64,000 nucleotides of DNA from Candidatus Heimdallarchaeum endolithica (GCA_021513715.1 CP084167.1:736001-800000); one strand, 5' to 3'. Shown: positions 11,252 through 21,550, counted from the stretch's first letter. Translations and numbers: made by a program. Notes: generated by a model from the sequence alone, not told the origin.

Positions 11252-11307
11252 ATAAATCAAACTATTTTTCTTTCTTTTTCCCCTAACTTTTTTTATGAGT
11301 AAGTAAT

Positions 11308-12306
11308 GTGAAACATATGGAAATCATTCCTTTAGCATGTGAATCCTTAGGAACAAGATCTTTTTCTCATTTAGTCATAACAGATGATACTAAAATATTA
11401 TTTGACCCGTCAGTATCTCTTGCACCTAGAAGATTCAGACTTAACCCTCACCCGTTAGAAATCGCTGCCTCTTGGATTTCAAGAAAAACAATCTTAAAAG
11501 CAGTGTCATTAAGTGAAATTGTTATTCAAACTCATTATCATGCTGACCATTTTACTTTACCAGAGTTTAGGATTTATGAATTTACAAACAAAAACGTTTT
11601 TGAAGAGACTTATTCAGAAGAAAAGATTATTTACGCTAAGGATCCTGAAAACAACATTAATTATAATCAAAAACGAAGAGCAAAATATCTTTGGAGAAAT
11701 AAAAAAAGAAAATTGTTCAAAGCTGAAGGGAATATATTTCAAATTGGAAATACAAAAATAAAATTCTCTGAAGCAGTTTCACACAACATAGATGAAAGAT
11801 TAGGTTTTGTTTTTGAAACTATTGTTGATGACGGAAAAAGAAAATATCTTTACACATCTGATGTAAGTGGTCCTGTATCAGAAAAAGCTACAGACTTCAT
11901 CTTAAATGAAGAACCAGACATTCTTGTTCTAGATGGACCAACTTATTACCATCCAAGAGTTTCTAAGAGAGAAAAGGAAATTGCATTCCAAAACCTAAAT
12001 ATTATCAAGGATTCAATAAAGAAGATTTACATTGATCATCATTTTTTAAGGAAAAAGAATTGGAAAGAAAAGTTAGAAAAAGAAGTAGGTGTCAAGTTTC
12101 CTGCTTTCAGTCAAATAATAGGTTTAGAACCAATAATTTTAGAAGCAATGAGAAAAGAGCTTTTTAAGGAAACAGAAGTTCAAGAGGAGTTTTATTCTTT
12201 GCTTGAACAAGGACTTATTAACACTGATTTTTTTCTTAAAATTTTAAAAGAAAACAAAATAGCGAATTATTGGAAAAAAATTAATGAAAAAATAGAAAAA
12301 TATTGA
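11308..12306 (+). CDS. Archaeal metallo-beta-lactamase-fold hydrolase (UPF0282-like)
   Basis: PLACESLGTRS, DPSVSLAPRRF.L.PHP, THYHADH, DGP, DHHFLR. Confidence 0.85.
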   Translation: MKHMEIIPLACESLGTRSFSHLVITDDTKILFDPSVSLAPRRFRLNPHPLEIAASWISRKTILKAVSLSEIVIQTHYHADHFTLPEFRIYEFTNKNVFEETYSEEKIIYAKDPENNINYNQKRRAKYLWRNKKRKLFKAEGNIFQIGNTKIKFSEAVSHNIDERLGFVFETIVDDGKRKYLYTSDVSGPVSEKATDFILNEEPDILVLDGPTYYHPRVSKREKEIAFQNLNIIKDSIKKIYIDHHFLRKKNWKEKLEKEVGVKFPAFSQIIGLEPIILEAMRKELFKETEVQEEFYSLLEQGLINTDFFLKILKENKIANYWKKINEKIEKY

Positions 12307-12314
12307 TAGAGAAT

Positions 12315-13901
12315 TCATATTTTTGGTTCTAATACTTCACCTTTTGGATACTTAACAATATAAGAAATATTGATTTTTTCTTCTTTTCCAGGTTCTATGT
12401 TTAGTTTCCACTCTAGTACTCCTTGATTCTGTTTTTTAGGTTCAGGAGAGATTTCTTTAGTAACTACCTCAATATTTGGATTTTGAGGATAAGGAATTCT
12501 CTCTATTAGCTTCAGCTTTGCTTTTTCATCAATTTGATTTTTGATCTTTATTTGATAATGAAAGTCTATTTGCTCTTTCCCTTTAGTAATTCCTGCTTTA
12601 GCTACTTCTCGTTTTAGTAATTTTCTTTCTATCTTCAGGTCATAGCTTTCAACTAAACCTACAGTAAATTTATCTCTAGGATGGATAAGATCTAACAAAC
12701 TTTGACTAATAAACTCACCATCTATGAAAATTTTAGCATTACCTTCTAGTAAAAATTGATCTTTATTCTTTAGTTTATGCGTTAGAATAAGTTTCTCATC
12801 AAGTGAACTCCAGTAATACTGCTTTTCTACTTCAACCTTAAAACTGTCTAGATACAATGTTTTGGGTATTTTTCCTGAAGGAATATCATGTTTTCCACCA
12901 AGTTCAAACCTTTGATGACCTACAACACTTGTACTCTTTTCAGATTCAACATAAAGATCATCCAATTTAGCTTCTGGAGCAGGAGAAGGAGGTTGCATTA
13001 ATTCTTTTTCTACAGCAGCCATTGACATAGGTTTCATAGCTCTTTTAGGCTTTACAAGTTCCTTTCTCGATAACTTTTTTGCGCTTACTGGATACACATG
13101 TTCATATAAATAAAGGTATAAAGGATCTACTTCTTCGATAGAAATAGGCCTTCGATTAGCAGTAGAAATCGTAACTTTAGTTTTTTTCCAGTCAATCCTT
13201 GTTCTATTGTAAACTTTAGCTAATCGTTGAATTAAAGCTTCTCCCTTTGTTAATTCAATCATGTAAACAGGCTCCCATGAAGCTTTTGACACAGTATAGC
13301 TCAACTCTAGTTCTATTTCACAATCTTCTTTAGAATCTAAAATAATATTTATTTCGTAGAACTCGTTCTCAAGGTATTGCATCTGATTCTTCTTTTCTTT
13401 AAGAGAATTAAGCAATTTATTTAGCTCAATTATTTCGTGCTCTATTTGTATTTTTTTAGCATTTTCTGCTTCTATTTGACTTTGATAAAAAGAATAATAC
13501 TCTTTGAAGTCATCAACAGTTTTATTTTTTATCATGCCATAACGCCCAAATCCTTCAGCGATGCTCTTAATAGTGGTTGTTAGTGCAGTAATTGAAACCT
13601 TCAGAGATTCTAAACTCAGGTTCTTCTGCTCAATTTCTTTTTCTGTTTTCAATATTTCTTTCTCAATTTCAATTAAATTTTCTTCATCTCGATAGACATG
13701 CTGTAAAATAGGAGAAATATCAACAAGTTTAACTTTACCAGTACCTCTTACTTTTATAGAATCCTCATCTAAATACTCTGATAATTCAGTAACAATTATT
13801 GTTTGTTCTCCTTTTACTAATTTAACCTTCTTCTGTCTTGTTATTAAAGCTCCATCAGTTAAAATAGTTACTTCTTTAATCGGAAGAGTTAGTTTCTTCA
13901 T
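12315..13901 (-). CDS. DUF4139/DUF4140 (MuiA-like) protein
   Basis: EVTILTDGALITR N-domain, coiled coil, SYTVSKASWEPVY, ERIPYP, GVLEWKL. Confidence 0.8.
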   Translation of the reverse strand: MKKLTLPIKEVTILTDGALITRQKKVKLVKGEQTIIVTELSEYLDEDSIKVRGTGKVKLVDISPILQHVYRDEENLIEIEKEILKTEKEIEQKNLSLESLKVSITALTTTIKSIAEGFGRYGMIKNKTVDDFKEYYSFYQSQIEAENAKKIQIEHEIIELNKLLNSLKEKKNQMQYLENEFYEINIILDSKEDCEIELELSYTVSKASWEPVYMIELTKGEALIQRLAKVYNRTRIDWKKTKVTISTANRRPISIEEVDPLYLYLYEHVYPVSAKKLSRKELVKPKRAMKPMSMAAVEKELMQPPSPAPEAKLDDLYVESEKSTSVVGHQRFELGGKHDIPSGKIPKTLYLDSFKVEVEKQYYWSSLDEKLILTHKLKNKDQFLLEGNAKIFIDGEFISQSLLDLIHPRDKFTVGLVESYDLKIERKLLKREVAKAGITKGKEQIDFHYQIKIKNQIDEKAKLKLIERIPYPQNPNIEVVTKEISPEPKKQNQGVLEWKLNIEPGKEEKINISYIVKYPKGEVLEPKI

Positions 13902-13963
13902 AAATTTAACTCTATTTCAAAGTAAATAAAAGTATTGCAAAAAGCCAAAAGATTATAATACTC

Positions 13964-14779
13964 TTATTCTTCTGCAATTGAAAGTCCACCTAAAAAGGTA
14001 GAAATAAATTGTATACTTCTTTCTTCTTCAGGAACACCCTCTTCATCCATCTCTTTCAAAAACTCTTTCTGCAAATCTGTAATTTTTCTATAAAAATCTC
14101 TAACTGTTTCTGCTAACTTTATAGCATGAGAAAATTTAGAAAGCTTAATTGTTCTAACAATCAAAGAAGTTTCTGAACGTGGATAGTTAAAATGCTCTTT
14201 CAAGTAATCCATACCTTTCTTTTTGAGTATTTCTTTTGTTTTTTGTTCTATATCAATAAGCTCATTGGTAATCGATGTTTCAATATTATGAATAAATAAT
14301 AAATATTGTTTAAATGATTGAGAAAAAGATTTATCGCCCTCACTTTTCAACAATTTTTCCAAAACTTCAAGTTCTATCTCTTTTTCAGATAATTCACTAT
14401 ATTTCTTCAATTTTTTATCAAAATCACTTTCTTCTTTAACATAATCCTCTATGTTCTTGCGATACAAAGAAGCAATATATTCATCCAATTTGTAGAATTT
14501 TCCCCATGAAGAAGCAGTTTTTTCTGCATCTACTTCAATCATATTTTCATCTAACAACTGTTTCAAGTACCTTAAAGTAGTGGTCTCAGGTTTTCCTATT
14601 AAACTACTTAACTTTTTTAGATTTAAAGAACCATACCAACTTAATGCTGTAATTATCGCAAATTTATTAGGATCATCCACCCACATTTTTTCGTATTTCT
14701 CTTCTTTTTCATTGATGTTCTTCTTGTCGTCCATCCTTTTCAAATAAACATTATTGCAAAGATATTTAATTTTTTCCAT
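13964..14779 (-). CDS. ArsR-like winged-helix transcription regulator (true start possibly ATG 14734)
   Basis: LNLKKLSSLIGKPETTTLRYLKQL HTH followed by KFYKL wing; divergent from MFS gene. Confidence 0.75.
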   Translation of the reverse strand: MEKIKYLCNNVYLKRMDDKKNINEKEEKYEKMWVDDPNKFAIITALSWYGSLNLKKLSSLIGKPETTTLRYLKQLLDENMIEVDAEKTASSWGKFYKLDEYIASLYRKNIEDYVKEESDFDKKLKKYSELSEKEIELEVLEKLLKSEGDKSFSQSFKQYLLFIHNIETSITNELIDIEQKTKEILKKKGMDYLKEHFNYPRSETSLIVRTIKLSKFSHAIKLAETVRDFYRKITDLQKEFLKEMDEEGVPEEERSIQFISTFLGGLSIAEE

Positions 14780-14861
14780 TATGAAATTATTTCCACAATA
14801 ACGATAGTTTTATATACCACTTTGGTAATAGTATCACAGTTAAAAGAATTCCAAAATGGAG
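14774..14861. promoter_or_regulatory. Three TWCCA-N3-TGGWA-like palindromes around a TATA box in the divergent regulator/MFS promoter
   Basis: ttccattatgaaa 14774-14786, taccactttggta 14815-14827, ttccaaaatggag 14849-14861; TTTTATATA near 14808-14816. Confidence 0.5.
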
Positions 14862-14882
14862 GAAATTACAGGTGGTGAAAAA

Positions 14883-15014
14883 ATGAAAGGAAGGAGAGAA
14901 AAAGGAAGCAGGATTAAAGAGACAAACAACACTATATGGACATTTAATGGTCACTTTTGTTCAGCAAGTTCTTCAAGAATGAACAATTATAAAATAAGTA
15001 GGGAACAGCGATGA
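14883..15014 (+). CDS. 43-aa small ORF translationally coupled to the MFS gene
   Basis: SD-like GGTGGTGA before ATG 14883; its stop overlaps the MFS start (ATGA 15011-15014). Confidence 0.45.
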   Translation: MKGRREKGSRIKETNNTIWTFNGHFCSASSSRMNNYKISREQR

Positions 15015-16426
15015 GTCAGGAGATGGAAGAAGTAGTTAAAAAAAACAGAGCAATTTCACTGCTGAAAAGTTGGGACTTTTCAGCCATTTTTTTTGGAGGA
15101 TTCATAAACAATGTAGGATCATATTTTACAACTATAGGAATAATATTTTTTGCATTAGAACTGACGAAAGATTTACCCAAAGAAGTAGCTACTCAAGAAG
15201 TTGCTCTTTTAACCACTTTCACTTTAATACCTATGCTTTTATTGGGTCCAATAGGTGGAGCAATTGCAGACAGAATTGACAGGAAAAAGATATTATATAT
15301 TACAGATTTAATAGGAGGGTTTGCTGCGTTCAGTTTGTTTTTTTCTTATAGAATTTGGCATTTATATATTTTTAGTATTATCAACGCTTCAGTCAGACAA
15401 TTTTTCTATCCTGCAAAACAAGCATCATTACCCAAGATTGTTAAAAGAGAGCAACTACTCAGTGCTAATGGTTTTATTCAATCTACCCAACAGCTTTCAA
15501 GAATAATTGGTCCTTTAGCTGCAGGTTTTACTGTAGCTGCTTTTGGTTTAAAAATAGCTTTTCTAGTTGATGGTGTATCATATCTAATTTCGAGTCTTAT
15601 GATTATGACTATTAGCACTAATTTAAAACCTAAGAAAAATGGTGAAAGAATCACCATGAATCATGTCTTTACAGACCTTAAAGACGGTTTTAAAATGGTT
15701 ATGACGGACAAAATTCTTCGTTTTATAATAATAATATTCTTCTTCACGATTCTTGCCATTGGTTTTCTTGATCCTTTAATCGTTCCCTATATTGACTTTG
15801 AATTTGGATTAGGAGAAAAAGACTTTGGCATGTTAATGAGTTTCTCTGCTGTAAGTGGTATCATTGCTGCTTTAGCCATTTCAGCCAAGAAAGAAATGAA
15901 GAGAAAGATCTTATTTATGTTGGGAACAATTGTAGTACTTGGATTAATGACATCGATTATTGGAATTGCTCCTTATTTACCAGGTAGTGTAGTCTGGCTT
16001 TTTGCAGGTTTTTCACTTGTAGGGATGATAAATGTTGGCTTTAATGTACCCTTTAGCACTTTACTTCAAAAAATTGTTCGAAATGAGCATTTAGGAAAAA
16101 TAAGTGGCATCATTGATACTGTTCTAACTATTGCCTCTTTACTAGCAAGTGTATTTGCTGTTATTTTAGCAAGATATGTTTCTATCAGTATAATATTTAT
16201 CATTATTTCAGGTTTGATCATTGTTGCAGGTATAACTGGACTTATGATTAGCAAAACTAGCAATTATGATTATATTGCTAATGAGAGAGAGAAAAGTATG
16301 ACAAAAGCATTGATTAAAGAAGAAAAGGAAATTTCAAAGAACCATTTAGACGTAGATAAACTTTTAAATAACTTTTCAGAAGGAGTTAATCCCAACCCTC
16401 TTACTGATACTGTTCAACAAGATTAG
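15011..16426 (+). CDS. MFS transporter (DHA3/macrolide-efflux-like)
   Basis: GGAIADRIDRKK motif A, FFYPAKQASLPKIV, ~12 TM helices. Confidence 0.85.
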   Translation: MSQEMEEVVKKNRAISLLKSWDFSAIFFGGFINNVGSYFTTIGIIFFALELTKDLPKEVATQEVALLTTFTLIPMLLLGPIGGAIADRIDRKKILYITDLIGGFAAFSLFFSYRIWHLYIFSIINASVRQFFYPAKQASLPKIVKREQLLSANGFIQSTQQLSRIIGPLAAGFTVAAFGLKIAFLVDGVSYLISSLMIMTISTNLKPKKNGERITMNHVFTDLKDGFKMVMTDKILRFIIIIFFFTILAIGFLDPLIVPYIDFEFGLGEKDFGMLMSFSAVSGIIAALAISAKKEMKRKILFMLGTIVVLGLMTSIIGIAPYLPGSVVWLFAGFSLVGMINVGFNVPFSTLLQKIVRNEHLGKISGIIDTVLTIASLLASVFAVILARYVSISIIFIIISGLIIVAGITGLMISKTSNYDYIANEREKSMTKALIKEEKEISKNHLDVDKLLNNFSEGVNPNPLTDTVQQD

Positions 16427-16460
16427 TTTTTAATTATTTTTCCCTCTTTTTTTTAATTAT

Positions 16461-17004
16461 TAGTACTTCCGCAATAACTTAGACTATCTCACCTCCATAC
16501 AAATTTGAGCGTAGATACTGTAAGGTGAAATAGAGCGTAACAGGTCTTGAGCGTTTCAAGAGCGGTTTGTTAGACGGTGGAGTGAAAAAAGAAGGGATAA
16601 CAGAAGAGGGAAAACAAACATATAAAGTGAGAACGAGAAGAGAAAAACAAAGATACAAGAACCTGACGGAGGGGCTATTGGTAATTGTAGAAATACTGAT
16701 TCTCTTAAGAAGACGGTAAGAAATTCCAATACCCAATCTATGACAATACTCGTAGATATGTTAGTCATAACGGTCTTTTTAACCTCTTCTTTTGTTTCTC
16801 CTATTTTCCTCTGTCCTTTGAGAGGAATACTCATCTTTCTTATCCAGTGACAAACTTTTATACTTGTCTACTATATTCTCTTGTGAGTTGAAAGCGTTTT
16901 TCTAAAAAACTTTTGACAGATTTTAAGAGGTTGAAGTTACAGAGTTTTATATTATTATTGTCAGGCTTTCAACCCATAACTTTTACAATAATTTGGAAGT
17001 ATTA
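16461..17004 (-). mobile_element. Non-autonomous ISH3-like deletion derivative (544 bp)
   Basis: Imperfect TIRs TAGTACTTCC (16461) / GGAAGTATTA (to 17004); direct repeat AATTAT at 16455-16460 and 17005-17010; fragment TITNSPSVRFLYLCFSLLVLTLYV resembles ISH3 transposase C-termini. Confidence 0.7.
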
Positions 17005-17014
17005 AATTATATAA

Positions 17015-18016
17015 AGCATGTCCAAAAATTCTTTTTCACCAACTAAACGGTCCGAAGGAGTAAAAGGTAGTTGTAACAGAGAAGAGAACTGTACAAGGTA
17101 GAGAGGATGGTGGAGGGTAAACGATCAAGGATTGGGGGAAGAGAGAGTTTAAGGAGACCAAAGACGTGTTCAATACTACTACGATACTCGGGATGATGAT
17201 TACGACGATACAGACCAGGGTAGAGACGATGAGCTTGAACTATTGGTCCGAGGGGAGGAGGAGAGGGATAACGAGCATTACTTTTTGGGGGAATAACAGG
17301 GAAAAAGGAATGTTGGCTAAGAAGTCCAACGATATTTTCTGTCCAGTAGGCACAGTCTCCATAAAATCGCAAGAAAGGTCTCAAGAGTGCAGAAGGAAGT
17401 TTCTGCCAGAGTAAACCGAAGACTTTACTATCGTGAGTGTTACTAGCAGAATGAGCGAGAGAGACTATAGCTCGAGAGGGTAAACCAACTATAAGGTGTA
17501 TCTTCCAGAAAAGTTTAGAGGTTTTCTTTAGTCCTCCTCTTACCCACTTGAGAAAACGCCAAACAGAAGCTTGACGGATTTTAAACCCTGAACTATCCAC
17601 TGCCATAGCTTTCAAGCCTTTTTTCCTCACTATTTCCCTACCTAACTCTATTATCCACTGCTCTAAGATTTTACTTTCTGTCGCTCTCCACACTGCATGA
17701 AAAGTAGATTTAGAAGGAATCTTCTTCATCCACCCCTCTTCTATCAAAAAATCGCATAAAGACAACTTTTCCTCTAACTTCCTCCAAGCTATCCCTTCTA
17801 TTCTAGCAATGATTGCTAAAGCCAGTATCACCCATCTTTCTGCTATTCTCTTTCTCCCTCTCTTGCTTTCTCTCGGTTCCTCTTTCACCAGTTTCTTAAG
17901 GAAAGGTTCATTAATGATTATGAATTCTCTTGCTTTGTGGGGGTCTATGATCTGAAAGAAATTCATACTTCCGACATAAACCCCCACATTAATAAAAATT
18001 AATTTTTGGACATGCT
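17015..18016 (-). mobile_element. IS5-family insertion sequence (1002 bp)
   Basis: Perfect 16-bp TIR AGCATGTCCAAAAATT (17015-17030) / AATTTTTGGACATGCT (18001-18016); 8-bp target duplication TTATATAA (17007-17014, 18017-18024). Confidence 0.9.
17043..17987 (-). CDS. IS5-family DDE transposase
   Basis: PSKSTF, AVDSSG (D), KIHL, HDS, YGDCAY (D), YRSSIEHVFGLLK (YREK-like, E). Confidence 0.9.
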   Translation of the reverse strand: MGVYVGSMNFFQIIDPHKAREFIIINEPFLKKLVKEEPRESKRGRKRIAERWVILALAIIARIEGIAWRKLEEKLSLCDFLIEEGWMKKIPSKSTFHAVWRATESKILEQWIIELGREIVRKKGLKAMAVDSSGFKIRQASVWRFLKWVRGGLKKTSKLFWKIHLIVGLPSRAIVSLAHSASNTHDSKVFGLLWQKLPSALLRPFLRFYGDCAYWTENIVGLLSQHSFFPVIPPKSNARYPSPPPLGPIVQAHRLYPGLYRRNHHPEYRSSIEHVFGLLKLSLPPILDRLPSTILSTLYSSLLCYNYLLLLRTV

Positions 18017-18062
18017 TTATATAAAAAAAATTTAAATATTAAATATTTAAAATATTGTAAGA

Positions 18063-19556
18063 TTGCTTTCGTCATATACTAAAGAATATTTACAACAATT
18101 TAGAGAATCACCAAAAAAAACGATTAATAGATTAAAGTCTAAATTGTCAAAAATTGAAGATGATATCGACAGAATCAACATTCTCTTAACTATTTCCTTT
18201 TTTCACATATCACAAGGTAATTTTCTTGAATCGTTAGAATTTGCGAAAAGAGCTTTAGATCTCTCAAGGAAAGAGAAGGACTTATTTTTGGAAATTCAAT
18301 CTTTTTTATTAATTGCAGAAGCTTACTTTTTCCTTGGAAAATTGAATATTGCTTCTCAAAATATTGAACTAATTGAAATACTCCTTCAAGAAGAAGCTTT
18401 CAAAGATAAAAAAAAGCTTTATACTGAACTTCAAGCTCATTTATGTAAAATTAAGGGTAACATCTCATTTAGTAATAGAGAATATAATAATGCTCTTGAC
18501 TTCTATAAAAAATGTAGCAGATTATATAAAAAAGTTAAAAACAAAGAAGCAGAAGCAAAAATTCTTTCTAATTTAGGTGTAGTAAATCAAAATATTGGTA
18601 AGTATGAAGAAGCAATTAACTACCTAAATAAAGCTAAAAAAATATATGAAGATGTAAATGATCATAGAGGAATAGGAATCTGTTTAAACAACATTGCAGA
18701 AGTTTATAGAATTCAACAAAAATACAAAAAGGCAATTGAATATTACAAACAATCTTTAGAAATAGGAACAAACAAAAATAGTAATTTCATCAGTTTTTTG
18801 GCTTATTTTAATTTAGGTTTAACCTATATGACCATTCAAGAATATGATAAAGCGAAAGTATTTTTTGAAAACAGTGTAAAATTATGTGTTGAAATAGGGA
18901 ATACTAGTTTCTTAGCAATGTCTTACTTTTATTTAGGTAGAATAATTATAAATTCTTCAGACTCAAAAGATGTGAATAAATTCATTTTAGAGATAAAAGA
19001 ACAAGAGTCTATCAACAACTCTTCTGAAATAAAATATGTTCATAAAATCCTACTAGCTTTATTCAAATTAAGTTCAGGGAAAAGAATTGAAAGATGTAAA
19101 GCGATTAAAATCTTTGATGACCTGTTAAATAGCGAAACAAATATTCAAGAATTTTACTTTTACACTGGAATACAACTTTGTAATTTCTTCTTTGAGGAAT
19201 TATATGCATTTGAAAAAAAAGAAATACTGGACGAGTTAAATAGCTTTTTCAACCAGATTCTAGAAAAAATTAATGAACATGAAGATTTTATTTTAGGGTT
19301 ACAAATCATACTATTGTACATCCATTTCCTAGCTTTAATAGATGAAAGATCAACAATGAATAATTATTACAATAAAACAAGAAAGATGCTTGATAATAAG
19401 AATTTAACAAACTTTGAAAAAATAATGGAAGAGTATTGGAAAATTATTCAAGAAGCAATAGAAGACATAAATTGGAGAGAATACACAATTAAAGAGCGAA
19501 TGGAACTACTTGGAATTAAGAAATTACTGGAAAACACAATCGAACGATTTGTTTAA
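18063..19556 (+). CDS. Tetratricopeptide repeat protein
   Basis: Repeated LSNLGVVNQNIGKYEEAINYLNKA-type TPR units. Confidence 0.9.
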   Translation: MLSSYTKEYLQQFRESPKKTINRLKSKLSKIEDDIDRINILLTISFFHISQGNFLESLEFAKRALDLSRKEKDLFLEIQSFLLIAEAYFFLGKLNIASQNIELIEILLQEEAFKDKKKLYTELQAHLCKIKGNISFSNREYNNALDFYKKCSRLYKKVKNKEAEAKILSNLGVVNQNIGKYEEAINYLNKAKKIYEDVNDHRGIGICLNNIAEVYRIQQKYKKAIEYYKQSLEIGTNKNSNFISFLAYFNLGLTYMTIQEYDKAKVFFENSVKLCVEIGNTSFLAMSYFYLGRIIINSSDSKDVNKFILEIKEQESINNSSEIKYVHKILLALFKLSSGKRIERCKAIKIFDDLLNSETNIQEFYFYTGIQLCNFFFEELYAFEKKEILDELNSFFNQILEKINEHEDFILGLQIILLYIHFLALIDERSTMNNYYNKTRKMLDNKNLTNFEKIMEEYWKIIQEAIEDINWREYTIKERMELLGIKKLLENTIERFV

Positions 19557-19616
19557 TAAGTTCATAGTTCTTAAAAATTAAATTTCTTAAAAAACTAAGT
19601 AAAGCATTTAAGATAA

Positions 19617-20450
19617 CTAGAGTTCAATCTCATTACTTAATGACCAGTAGATATTCAGCAACTTAATCAGATTTGTATATACATTCTTTATTTCCTTGTT
19701 TTTTAGAATAACTGGCAATTTAATTTTCAGTTGATGCTTGTCAGCAAAATAGTTAAAGTATAGATAATCAAATATTGGAATATCAATTCTAAAATACTCA
19801 AAATCAATAAAAGAAACCTGATTTTTTTCAACAATTATATTCAAGGGTACAAGATCTCCATGAATGTAACTAATTTTTATTCTTTCAGATTCCATTGATA
19901 GATATAAATTCTTCAAACTATTTCTTATTAGAGAAAATTGTTTAGAAATATGTTTAGGGACAGATAAATTCATTTTTTCATAATTATCCAATATAGTTGA
20001 ATAAAAAGAACTCAATTGTGAATACTGTTCCTTATTTTCCTTTAAACTTAAATTATTATAATTATGAACAAATTCAATAGTTTTTACTAATTCTTCTTCT
20101 ATATTTTTTCTTTCTTCATTTGTCAAATTAATTATTTCTTTTCCTTTAATGTACTTATAACAGAGAATAGTGGAATTATCAGTCCATATTAACTCAGGAG
20201 CAACTTTACCTCCAAAAAGCTCTAGAGCTCTTTTTTCATTTTGCAGTCTTTTTCTTGCTGATATTATAGGATCATTATTATATATTTTACAAACAGAAAG
20301 TGGCTCATCATTTCTGGATTTTATTATGAATTTAGTATTAGAAAAACCTTTTTCCATTTTTATCCATTTCAGCTTTTCTGAAGAATTGAAATGAAAAAAG
20401 ATTCTAACTTTTTTATTTATTAGCTCAATTTGCTTCTCTGATAAAATCAT
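19617..20450 (-). CDS. APH/choline-kinase-family phosphotransferase, candidate thiamine kinase
   Basis: GFSN, HGDLVPLNI, FIDFEY motifs; ATGA overlap with the thiamine ABC ATPase. Confidence 0.75.
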   Translation of the reverse strand: MILSEKQIELINKKVRIFFHFNSSEKLKWIKMEKGFSNTKFIIKSRNDEPLSVCKIYNNDPIISARKRLQNEKRALELFGGKVAPELIWTDNSTILCYKYIKGKEIINLTNEERKNIEEELVKTIEFVHNYNNLSLKENKEQYSQLSSFYSTILDNYEKMNLSVPKHISKQFSLIRNSLKNLYLSMESERIKISYIHGDLVPLNIIVEKNQVSFIDFEYFRIDIPIFDYLYFNYFADKHQLKIKLPVILKNKEIKNVYTNLIKLLNIYWSLSNEIEL

Positions 20451-21544
20451 AACAAAATCACTTTTTCTAAAGATATTTCAAGAGTTACATTTTGATTAGC
20501 TTTTAGAGATTTAACTAGTTCCTTGTCTTCAGTGTCAACTTTTAGATATTCAATATTCTCTCCTTGTATTTCCACTACAATCCTAAAGAGATTTTTTCCT
20601 ATTTCAATAACTGATTTTACTAATCCTTTTTGAACAATATTTTCTTGTTTTTTGTTTTTGCTCTTCTGCAACGTTATAATTTTTACTTCTGATGGTGGAA
20701 TCTTTATTCCTGTAATCTTTTTCTTTATTTTAGAACCTGATAGTGGTATTCTCATTTGACCTATTGTTGTATCGAGTATAACCAAACCATCATTTTCTTT
20801 ATTTATAGAATAGAAGGAAACAGGAAATACATTTAGACTACCCATTATTTTTGCTGTTAGAAAATTTAGCGGGTTTCTGTCTACATCTATGATTTTCCCT
20901 ATTTGCTGTATTTTACCATCGTACATTATTGCTACTCTATCCCCAATTAACCTAGCTTCTTCTTGATTATGTGTAACATATAGAGTTGTTGTTTCAGTTT
21001 CTTTTTGAATTCTTCTTATAGTTAAAGCAAGAGACTCTCTTCCAGAAGCATCAATACTTGAGAGAGGTTCATCTAGCAAAAGTATTTTAGGATTAGAGAC
21101 CATACTTCTTGCTAAAGCTACTCTTTGTTTCTGCCCTCCACTTATTTCGTAGGGATATCTTTCTAGTAAATCTTTAATTTCTGTCAATTTAACGATCCAA
21201 TCTAACTTTTCATTAATCAGATCTTTAGATAGTTTTTTAGCTTTTAGACCAAAAGTGACGTTATCTTTTATTTTCATGTGAGGAAAGAGTATTTGTCCTT
21301 GAGGAACGTATCCTATATTTCTTTTTTGAGGAGAAAGGTGTGAGATATCATTTCCATCAACTAAAATTTGTCCTGTTTCATGTTCTAAAATACCCGCTAT
21401 TACCTTCAATAACGATGTTTTTCCACAACCAGATTCACCTAATATTACAACCAGTTCTCCAGATTCTACTTCAAGGTTTAGATTATCTAGAATGTATTTT
21501 CGCTGATATCGCATGGAAAGATCTTTAATTTCTAACTTTGTCAT
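20447..21544 (-). CDS. ABC transporter ATPase of thiamine importer (ThiQ-like)
   Basis: GESGCGKT, ISGGQKQR, LLLDEP, VTH; TOBE-like C-terminus. Confidence 0.85.
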   Translation of the reverse strand: MTKLEIKDLSMRYQRKYILDNLNLEVESGELVVILGESGCGKTSLLKVIAGILEHETGQILVDGNDISHLSPQKRNIGYVPQGQILFPHMKIKDNVTFGLKAKKLSKDLINEKLDWIVKLTEIKDLLERYPYEISGGQKQRVALARSMVSNPKILLLDEPLSSIDASGRESLALTIRRIQKETETTTLYVTHNQEEARLIGDRVAIMYDGKIQQIGKIIDVDRNPLNFLTAKIMGSLNVFPVSFYSINKENDGLVILDTTIGQMRIPLSGSKIKKKITGIKIPPSEVKIITLQKSKNKKQENIVQKGLVKSVIEIGKNLFRIVVEIQGENIEYLKVDTEDKELVKSLKANQNVTLEISLEKVILL

Positions 21545-21550
21545 TTCTTT

